64,000 bases of DNA from an uncultured Phycisphaerales bacterium. GTDB taxonomy: Bacteria; Planctomycetota; Phycisphaerae; Sedimentisphaerales; Anaerobacaceae. Below the pieces are notes generated by a model. That model saw only the letters and a list, made by a program, of their open reading frames with translations, did not search any database and was not told the DNA's origin. A program made the translations under genes and the position numbers. Positions 29,820 through 36,494 of this stretch are shown here, piece by piece (position 1 is the stretch's first letter; each line of letters begins with the position of its first letter). The stretch spans positions 1,344,001-1,408,000 of the forward strand of contig OY970359.1 of the NCBI GenBank assembly GCA_963718665.1, read 5' to 3'.

Positions 29820-30266
29820 CTAAACCTGCTGCTCAGGGTTATCCGTGACTTCCGCTTCGGCGGCTTCCGGCTCGTTCTGCGCCACAGTATTATCGGCAGC
29901 AACAGGGGCAGGGGCAGGAGCATGCACCGCGGCGGTCGCCTGCTTGATGATATCTTCCTCAGTGAGGTGCTCCACCCTGAGAATCAGCGCACGCATAATG
30001 CGTTCCGAGAGCAGCACATCCCGCTCTAATTCGTGGATTTTTAGCCCGTCGGCCTTAAAGTAAGCGAGGATGTAAGTCCCCCGGCTGCACCTTTTAACCG
30101 GATAAGCCAGCGGTCTTTCATCCCATTTTTTCAGCGACACGATTTGGGCATCAATTTTGTTCAGCATTTTCGTGACGAGCTCGATAATGCCGTCCCAGTC
30201 CTTGGCCGCCTCGGCCGAATCAATCAGGAACATCACTTCGTAAAGCTTCTTAACTCCAGTTTCCAA
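29820..30266 (-). CDS. rpsF: 30S ribosomal protein S6
   Basis: YEVMFLID, WDERPLAYPV; TTG start after GGAGG. Confidence 0.92.
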   Translation of the reverse strand: METGVKKLYEVMFLIDSAEAAKDWDGIIELVTKMLNKIDAQIVSLKKWDERPLAYPVKRCSRGTYILAYFKADGLKIHELERDVLLSERIMRALILRVEHLTEEDIIKQATAAVHAPAPAPVAADNTVAQNEPEAAEAEVTDNPEQQV

Positions 30267-30317
30267 CTTAGATACCTCCAGCAAAATTTTCCGACTCTAC
30301 GTTCGACATATTTCTAT

Positions 30318-30893
30318 TCATTCTTCAAACCGATTATGTTTTGTCATCGCCGACTGAATACCTTCTTCAAGCCAGCAAATTGCTGCGTCTTTGGCCCGGC
30401 CTATTCCCTGGTTTACCTGCTCGGTCTCAACCAGGCCGGGCTCGCCAAGCACGTATTCCACTGCTTCGCCCATTTTGCACTGGCCTATGCCGACTCTTAA
30501 TCGGGGTACGTCTTCGGTGCCGAGCTTTTCCACCACGTCTGTCAGACCGTTGTGCCCGCCGGCGGAACCTTTTGCCCTTAACCTTATCTGTCCCGGCTCA
30601 AGCCACATATCATCGAGCACTAACAGCACGTCATTCAAATCTATCTTGTAAAAACCCATCGCGTCAGCCACCGGCTGGCCGCTGCAATTCATATATTGCA
30701 TCGGTTTCAGCAGCAAAACCTGGTTGCCGGCATATTCGCCCTTGCCCAGATGGCCGCCGAAGCTGTTTTTGTTCACATCTATACCAAGCGCCCCGCCGAG
30801 CATATCAATCACCTTGAAGCCGACGTTGTGCCGCGTTTCGGCATACTTCTTACCCGGATTGCCAAGTCCAACTATCATCTTCATACCAGGCAT
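30318..30893 (-). CDS. pth: Peptidyl-tRNA hydrolase
   Basis: IVGLGNPG, TRHNVGF, KP..YMN.SG, GSAGGHNGL, RLRVGIG. Confidence 0.96.
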   Translation of the reverse strand: MPGMKMIVGLGNPGKKYAETRHNVGFKVIDMLGGALGIDVNKNSFGGHLGKGEYAGNQVLLLKPMQYMNCSGQPVADAMGFYKIDLNDVLLVLDDMWLEPGQIRLRAKGSAGGHNGLTDVVEKLGTEDVPRLRVGIGQCKMGEAVEYVLGEPGLVETEQVNQGIGRAKDAAICWLEEGIQSAMTKHNRFEE

Positions 30894-30917
30894 AGTGCCG
30901 GCTCGCTAAAAACAGCC

Positions 30918-31613
30918 CTACTTCTTCTCCTCTTTTTTCTCTTTCTTTTCCTTCGGCTCCTTCGCCTCGGCCGTCGCTTCGCCCTCTTCCGGCTCTTCCT
31001 TGGCCGCAGTTATAACCTCAGGAGCAGCAGGCATTTCGGCCTCAAGCTCTTCCGTGGTCTTAACCTCAACAACGATGTGGCAGGTCACGACGAGCAGTTC
31101 TGGCGAGCTTATCAGCTTGACCCCCTCGGGCAACTGAATATCCTTCGCGTGAATCGCGTCGCCCAAAGCCATTTCCTTGACGGATATAACAATACGCTCG
31201 GGTATTTGGGTAACACGGCACTCGACTTCGAGCTTGCCCGTGTGAACCTCGACCATTCCGCCTTCCTGAGCTCCCTTGGCTGTGCCTTTCGTCTCTATAG
31301 GCACGGTTACGCGAACCATCTCGGTAACATCCACGCGCATCAGGTCAACGTGAATGATGTCCGTCCCGACATAGTCGTACTGCACGTCCTTGACAAGCAG
31401 GGTCTCATTCTTTTTGTTTATCTCGACCTCCATCAGCCGATGTCCTTGCTGCAGCACCTCCCTGAAGCTTTTGGCATTCAGCGTGATTGTGGCTGGCTCT
31501 TGCTTGTGACCATAAACCACGGCCGGGATTTGTCCTTTCTTGCGCAACTTGATTGCGTCCTTCGAACCCACACCTTGACGAATCTCGGCTTTTAACACCT
31601 GTGCTTTATCCAT
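30918..31613 (-). CDS. rplY: 50S ribosomal protein L25 / general stress protein Ctc
   Basis: LRKKGQIPAVVYG, VKDVQYD...IIHVD, IPE.I.I.V. Confidence 0.93.
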   Translation of the reverse strand: MDKAQVLKAEIRQGVGSKDAIKLRKKGQIPAVVYGHKQEPATITLNAKSFREVLQQGHRLMEVEINKKNETLLVKDVQYDYVGTDIIHVDLMRVDVTEMVRVTVPIETKGTAKGAQEGGMVEVHTGKLEVECRVTQIPERIVISVKEMALGDAIHAKDIQLPEGVKLISSPELLVVTCHIVVEVKTTEELEAEMPAAPEVITAAKEEPEEGEATAEAKEPKEKKEKKEEKK

Positions 31614-31663
31614 AACATCCTCACAACAAACCAAACTTTCTATTTCAAAAAGCCAGCTATCAA

Positions 31664-32617
31664 CTAATGAGTGCTGAATAAGCTGCTGACCGATTCATTT
31701 CTGTGTATTCTCTTTATTGCCTCGCCGACCATTGCCGACACCGTCAGGACTTTGATTTTCTTCGATTTAGCCGCCTCGGCACTTAGGGGTATTGTGTCGG
31801 TAACAACAATCTCATCGACAGGCGCTTTGCTCAGTTTTTCGACCGCGCCCGGGGCGAACACTCCGTGCGTCGCGCCAACGCAGATATTGCGTGCTCCCCG
31901 CTCCTTGACCAACGCGGCGGCAGAACAAATAGTCCCCGCGGTGGTAATCATATCATCACACATCAGGACGTTTCTGCCCTCGACGTTACCTATAAGCTCC
32001 TGCGCCTGCACTTGGCTGCCGCTGACTCGCCTCTTATGAACAATCGCCAAATCGCCTCCGAGGAACGACGCGTATCGGGACGCTATCTTTATATTACCCA
32101 CGTCCGGCGACACGACCGTCAGGTTCTCCATTTTCTTATCGCGGAAATAATTGCTCAAAACAAGCGAGCCGGTCAGATGGTCAACAGGTATATCGAAGAA
32201 CCCCTGCAGCTGCTGTGCGTGCAGGTCAACGGCGAGAATCCGGTCTGCGCCCGCGGCGGTAATCACATTGGCGACGAGTTTCGCAGTAATAGGAACCCGC
32301 CCTTCGTCTTTGCGGTCCTGGCGGGCATAACCAAAATACGGGATAACGGCGGTAACTCTTTTTGCGCTCGCCCGTTTGAGGCAATCGAGATATATGAGCA
32401 GCTCGACGAGGTTTTCATCGACGGGGCTGCATGTGGATTGAAGCACGAAACAGTCCCTGCCCCGCACGTCGTCTTCGACGCGGATGATTTTTTCGCCGTC
32501 CGGAAATTTTTCTACCTTGGCTCCGCCCACCGGCAGCTCAAGATACTCGCACACGGCTTTTGCCAGCGGCTCATTGGAACAGCCGGAAAATACTTTTATG
32601 TTATCATTTAAAAACAT
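31664..32617 (-). CDS. prs: Ribose-phosphate pyrophosphokinase
   Basis: FPDGE, PYFGYARQDRK, DLHA.Q.QGFFD, VSPDVG, DDMITTAGT. Confidence 0.96.
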   Translation of the reverse strand: MFLNDNIKVFSGCSNEPLAKAVCEYLELPVGGAKVEKFPDGEKIIRVEDDVRGRDCFVLQSTCSPVDENLVELLIYLDCLKRASAKRVTAVIPYFGYARQDRKDEGRVPITAKLVANVITAAGADRILAVDLHAQQLQGFFDIPVDHLTGSLVLSNYFRDKKMENLTVVSPDVGNIKIASRYASFLGGDLAIVHKRRVSGSQVQAQELIGNVEGRNVLMCDDMITTAGTICSAAALVKERGARNICVGATHGVFAPGAVEKLSKAPVDEIVVTDTIPLSAEAAKSKKIKVLTVSAMVGEAIKRIHRNESVSSLFSTH

Positions 32618-32627
32618 CGTTCACTCC

Positions 32628-33623
32628 TTATCCCCGACACCCATTGCCTGCTTCGCGGCGCTCGATATTCGAGTACCCGGCCGCAAGCGTAACACCATCG
32701 CCGATTTTTTCGCCGTTTTGCAGGTGCACAAACGGCCCGATTCGACAGTTTCGACCGATTGAGACCTCGCCGAATATGCAGCAGAACGGCTCAACGACGG
32801 TATCCTGACCAATTTGCACTCTTGCGTCTATCCATGTATTAGGCGGGTCAACAATTGTTACGCCGGTTTCCATCAGTCGCTTTTGTATTCTTCGCTGCAT
32901 AATCTTGCCGGCATCACTCAACTGCTCCCGGCTGTTGACGCTGACCGCTTCTTCCGGGCGAACCGCCGTAACCGCCACAACCTTGTGCCCGTTTTCGATA
33001 ATCATCGCCAGGGCATCGGTAACATAAAACTCACCCTTAACCCTGTCCGGCTGAACCTGCTGGACGTACTCAAAAAGTATCTTATTGTCGAAAAGATAAT
33101 AGCTTGGGTTGACTTCCTGGATTTTCAACTGTTCGGGCGTGCAGTTTGCGTGTTCGACGATGCCCTCGATATTGCCGTAGGCGTCGCGGACAATGCGTCC
33201 GTAGCCGGTCGGGTCTTCGAGAATGGCGGTAGCCAGCGTCGCGGCAGCGTGTTCGGCCTCGTGTTTGGCGACAACCGTCTTGAGCGTCTCGGCCCGAATC
33301 AGCGGCCCGTCGCCGCAAAGCACCAGCGTCTGCCCCGCGAAATCCTTCAAATGTTCCCTGCAGCACATCACCGCGTGGGCTGTTCCTTTTTGCTGGGGCT
33401 GAATTACCCAGGTTATGTCGCCTGCGTCGCTGAAATACTCTTTCACCTGCTCGGAATTATAGCCCACAACGATGTATATTTTTTCGACGCCGACGCCCCG
33501 GCAGGCATCCAGCACATAAGAGAGCATAGGCCTTCCGCAGACCTCGTGGAGGACCTTTGGCATCTTCGTATTCATCCGCTTGCTTACGCCCGCGGCCAGA
33601 ATTATCGCAACTCTTTGCGCCAT
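32628..33623 (-). CDS. glmU: GlmU, uridylyltransferase domain with only a short left-handed beta-helix remnant
   Basis: ILAAGVSKRM, PKVLH, GTAHAV, PTGYGRIVR, GEFYVTD, GVTIVDP; ends after about 330 aa. Confidence 0.85.
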   Translation of the reverse strand: MAQRVAIILAAGVSKRMNTKMPKVLHEVCGRPMLSYVLDACRGVGVEKIYIVVGYNSEQVKEYFSDAGDITWVIQPQQKGTAHAVMCCREHLKDFAGQTLVLCGDGPLIRAETLKTVVAKHEAEHAAATLATAILEDPTGYGRIVRDAYGNIEGIVEHANCTPEQLKIQEVNPSYYLFDNKILFEYVQQVQPDRVKGEFYVTDALAMIIENGHKVVAVTAVRPEEAVSVNSREQLSDAGKIMQRRIQKRLMETGVTIVDPPNTWIDARVQIGQDTVVEPFCCIFGEVSIGRNCRIGPFVHLQNGEKIGDGVTLAAGYSNIERREAGNGCRG

Positions 33624-33662
33624 CACTGAACTCAACACTAAAAACTCAAAACTATCTTTAAT

Positions 33663-33734
33663 CTACCCGGCCAGGACTCGAACCTGGAATGGGAGGACCA
33701 AAACCTCCTGTGTTACCGATTACACCACCGGGTA
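33663..33734 (-). tRNA. tRNA-Gln (TTG)
   Basis: Minus strand TACCCGG...CCGGGTAG acceptor stem with U1-A72; anticodon arm GGAGG-tTTTGgt-CCTCC; T-loop GTTCGAGTC; CCA not encoded. Confidence 0.95.
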
Positions 33735-33938
33735 ATCTTTTAAATCTTAAAACGCAAAGCGAAAAACTCAAAAACCAAACCTGAAAATTCAAAGCTTGCC
33801 GGCTTTGTGCTTCAGTTTTGCACTTTACACTTTAAGTTCTAAACTTCCAAGTTGTCACGGAGGCCATTCTAAAGTCAGCCTGACTGGACGCCGCCGGAGG
33901 CCTGAATCAACTATGCCGTGATACTGTTGACCCGCTCG

Positions 33939-34003
33939 CCCCGTGAGATACTACTTTTTACTCAAAATCAACTATGAACACAAAATGTGCTTATCTCACG
34001 GGG
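33939..34003. mobile_element. Miniature inverted-repeat (MITE/palindromic) element
   Basis: Perfect 12-bp terminal inverted repeat ccccgtgagata ... tatctcacgggg; resembles the ccccgttagaaa termini in rlmN. Confidence 0.6.
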
Positions 34004-34034
34004 TAAACCCCATTCGACGGAGCTAATCGGCAGT

Positions 34035-34063
34035 AATATACCGTATCCGCCACGCCCCGGCAA
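34035..34063 (-). promoter_or_regulatory. Putative sigma70 promoter for the tRNA-Gln-glmU...rplI operon (TTGCCG-N17-TATATT)
   Basis: Minus-strand -35 at 34063-34058 and -10 at 34040-34035. Confidence 0.5.
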
Positions 34064-34091
34064 GGGATTTTTCGAAAAATGCGATAAAAAA

Positions 34092-34117
34092 AAGAAAAAG
34101 GGGTCAGGCCCCTTTTT
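34092..34117 (-). repeat. 26-bp palindromic element (copy 2) containing the stop codon of 34104..35270
   Basis: aagaaaaaggggtcaggccccttttt; identical to 27968-27993 in the opposite orientation. Confidence 0.8.
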
Positions 34118-35270
34118 CGTTGAGGTCTGCCGGCCGGGCGGGTTTACCCTCCGCTATTTTAGTCATTTGGAAAGTCGTAACCGTATGCGTGATAATGGGT
34201 TCCGGACCGGACGTTGGCCTAAGCATCTGGCTCTTGGTAGCCAATTTCACTCTTTCGACCATATCCTGCGTCATCTTATTGTTGATTATCCGGCCTGTGG
34301 CATTCTCGATTTCAATCTGGCCGGCACCATCGCCCGATATTTCTCTGCTTGCCTTCGTGGAAGTCCCCCCCGCTGCTTCGCTTTGCGAAGCAAGGCGGCG
34401 GGGGTCCGACGTTTGCGTATTGGCAACCTGGGTAACCTCGGGCCGAACAATTAAATTGACGTCCACAACAGAAATTCCGCCTTGTCGCCCCGCGTCTTGC
34501 TGTCGCACGCCGGCAGCGGGGGTATTCAGCCGGAAGGTCTTCTCAAAAACTATATTTACCTCCTCTATCCGCTCCGACTTGGCGGTATAGCCCACATCCG
34601 CGGAAGACAAAACCTCTTTGCGGGTCCATATCGTCCCTTCGTTATTTGAATCGGAAAAAACCGCAAATTGGTCTTCAAACATACGTCTTACCCCCGGTTC
34701 GTCAAATTGCCGGTCAACGTTTCGGCTGACCATGTCCGCGCCGGGAATATCACCTATTTTGGCTTTTGCGGATGTAATGAGTGCCTGCAAACCGTTGATT
34801 TTATCTATATGCCCCTGAGGCGTTATTCGCAAATAAATCTCTTCGCCTGTCGCCAGACACAACGGCATCGCCGGGATTGGCGTCTTAAATTCATTTGCAT
34901 CGGAATCAAAATCTAATTTCTGGTCTTTCGACCGCAGTTTCATAATAACTCGTCTATATGTGTATCTGACCCAGGCGGAGCCGTTTTCATCAACATCTTG
35001 CACATCCATGTCGCATTCGAGGTGTGTGGTTTGCTCCGCAGACCATTCATTGCCGTCTATCACTCGCGATATTTTCTGCTCAGTAACCGACACCAGCGAA
35101 TACTTATCGCCGGGCGCAAATTTAAACCTCAGCGAATCAGCCATCGCATTAGAGCAAAGCAGCAAACTTACGCAGCAAATTAAGAATTGAGAATTAAGAA
35201 TTGAGAATGGCTCGCCTGGTGTTATGCCACGCCAATTGCTCTTCTTTATTCTAAATTCTAAATTCTTCAT
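34104..35270 (-). CDS. Secreted hypothetical protein (DUF6263-like)
   Basis: Signal-like segment followed by LRFKFAPGDKY, DVDENGS, FDSD, ITPQG.I..I.G, IE..TG.I pattern. Confidence 0.65.
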   Translation of the reverse strand: MKNLEFRIKKSNWRGITPGEPFSILNSQFLICCVSLLLCSNAMADSLRFKFAPGDKYSLVSVTEQKISRVIDGNEWSAEQTTHLECDMDVQDVDENGSAWVRYTYRRVIMKLRSKDQKLDFDSDANEFKTPIPAMPLCLATGEEIYLRITPQGHIDKINGLQALITSAKAKIGDIPGADMVSRNVDRQFDEPGVRRMFEDQFAVFSDSNNEGTIWTRKEVLSSADVGYTAKSERIEEVNIVFEKTFRLNTPAAGVRQQDAGRQGGISVVDVNLIVRPEVTQVANTQTSDPRRLASQSEAAGGTSTKASREISGDGAGQIEIENATGRIINNKMTQDMVERVKLATKSQMLRPTSGPEPIITHTVTTFQMTKIAEGKPARPADLNEKGA

Positions 35271-35272
35271 TC
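35177..35272. repeat. 7-nt unit inverted repeat at the 5' end of the DUF6263-like gene
   Basis: aaattaa-gaattga-gaattaa-gaattga-gaat ... ttattct-aaattct-aaattct-tcattct. Confidence 0.75.
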
Positions 35273-35281
35273 TGAGGCCTC

Positions 35282-36424
35282 CTATCTTTTAGCGCCAAGC
35301 TGCCCGCAGGCGGCGTTTATTGTCTGGCCCATTTTCAGCCGGACGGTCGTCTCTATGCCGGCATCTTCCAGAACCCCGGCAAACCGCTCTATCGCCTCCC
35401 GGCCGCTCGGTTTCAAACCGCAGCCAAGATACGGATTATACTCTATCAGATTCACGTTGCACATCACCACGCGCCCTGTTAGAAACCTGCGATTTGTTGG
35501 AAAGTTCCGTGTTACGATTTTTTCTAACGGGGCGCGTAGCCGCCTAATCAGCATCTGTGCGTGAAGAACCGTGTCATTGACGCCCTTTATCAGGCAATAC
35601 TCGAAAGTTACGCGATTCCGCGTTTTGCGCTGATAAAGCTCGACTGCCGCGAAAAGCCGGCCCAGCGAATACTTTTTGGCAATCGGCATCAGCTTTTGCC
35701 GGATGGCGTCGGTAGGGGCATTCAGCGATATCGCCAATCGCGGCTGGATATCCTCGTCGGCTAAACGCTCAATGCCTTCCACAAGCCCGCACGTGCTTAT
35801 CGTCAAATGGCGAATGCCTATATGCCTGCCCGCCGAGTGATTCAGTATGCGAACCGCGTCGAGCGTCGCTTCGTAATTCGCCAACGGCTCGCCCATGCCC
35901 ATAAAGACGACGTTGCTGATACGAGCCCCGTTAGAAATCTGCGATTCGCTGGAAAGTTCCGTATCGGGATTTTTTCTTACGGGGCGAGTGTCCCCTCCGG
36001 CCACATTCACCTGGTCAACAATCTCGCCGGCGGTCAGGTTCCTCGCAAGGCCAAGTCGGCCGGTCGCGCAAAAGACGCATCCCATCCCGCAGCCGACCTG
36101 CGTTGAAACGCACAATGTTCGCCGGTCATCGTCAAACAAAAGCACTGATTCCACTCGACCGCCATCGGGCAATCCGAAGACATACTTCACCGTCCCGTCA
36201 GGGTCCGTCAATTTTTCGATGACCCGCAATGACGAAATATAGTAGCCCTCTTCGACAAGTTTGACGCGAAGGGGCTTGCTCAAGGTGGTGATTGCGGAAA
36301 TATCGGTTACGCTGTGCGCCTGAATCGCGCTGAAAATATACCCCGCCAGGTATTTGGCCTGGTCAAGCCCGACAACAAGGCGTTCAAGCCCCGCAACCGT
36401 CTTCGATTTAAGGTCTTTTCCCAC
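35282..36424 (-). CDS. rlmN: Radical SAM 23S rRNA m2A2503 / tRNA m2A37 methyltransferase carrying two peptide insertions
   Basis: DGTVKY, CVSTQVGCGMGCVFCATG, VVFMGMGEP, ISLNA, FEY.LI.GVND, NAACGQL. Confidence 0.9.
   Translation of the reverse strand: MGKDLKSKTVAGLERLVVGLDQAKYLAGYIFSAIQAHSVTDISAITTLSKPLRVKLVEEGYYISSLRVIEKLTDPDGTVKYVFGLPDGGRVESVLLFDDDRRTLCVSTQVGCGMGCVFCATGRLGLARNLTAGEIVDQVNVAGGDTRPVRKNPDTELSSESQISNGARISNVVFMGMGEPLANYEATLDAVRILNHSAGRHIGIRHLTISTCGLVEGIERLADEDIQPRLAISLNAPTDAIRQKLMPIAKKYSLGRLFAAVELYQRKTRNRVTFEYCLIKGVNDTVLHAQMLIRRLRAPLEKIVTRNFPTNRRFLTGRVVMCNVNLIEYNPYLGCGLKPSGREAIERFAGVLEDAGIETTVRLKMGQTINAACGQLGAKR
35469..35537. mobile_element. 69-bp palindromic element inserted in-frame in rlmN (copy A)
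   Basis: 17-bp terminal IR acgcgccctgttagaaa / tttctaacggggcgcgt (1 mismatch); 58/69 identical to copy B. Confidence 0.85.
35921..35989. mobile_element. 69-bp palindromic element inserted in-frame in rlmN (copy B)
   Basis: gccccgttagaaa ... tttcttacggggc termini; ungapped alignment with copy A. Confidence 0.85.
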
Positions 36425-36494
36425 AGGGGTATTCTACCATATTTGGGAAATGGCACGAGCTTCAAGCCCGTGAAAATACGGCCAAGATGTGTTA

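Noticed and set aside
33663..33734. tRNA as an integration site for a prophage or island
   Set aside because: No integrase and no duplicated tRNA 3' end in the window; the flanking genes are core.
33851..34030. Known riboswitch (c-di-AMP ydaO, ZTP, c-di-GMP) or SRP/6S RNA
   Set aside because: I could not match the diagnostic consensus segments by eye; kept only as an unclassified candidate.
35469..35989. Repeated palindromes as a CRISPR array
   Set aside because: Only two copies, 452 bp apart, inside a gene; no spacer periodicity and no cas genes.
35282..36424. Cfr antibiotic-resistance methyltransferase
   Set aside because: Chromosomal core context beside ftsK and no mobile-resistance context; RlmN is the simpler call, although a phylogeny would be needed to exclude Cfr formally.
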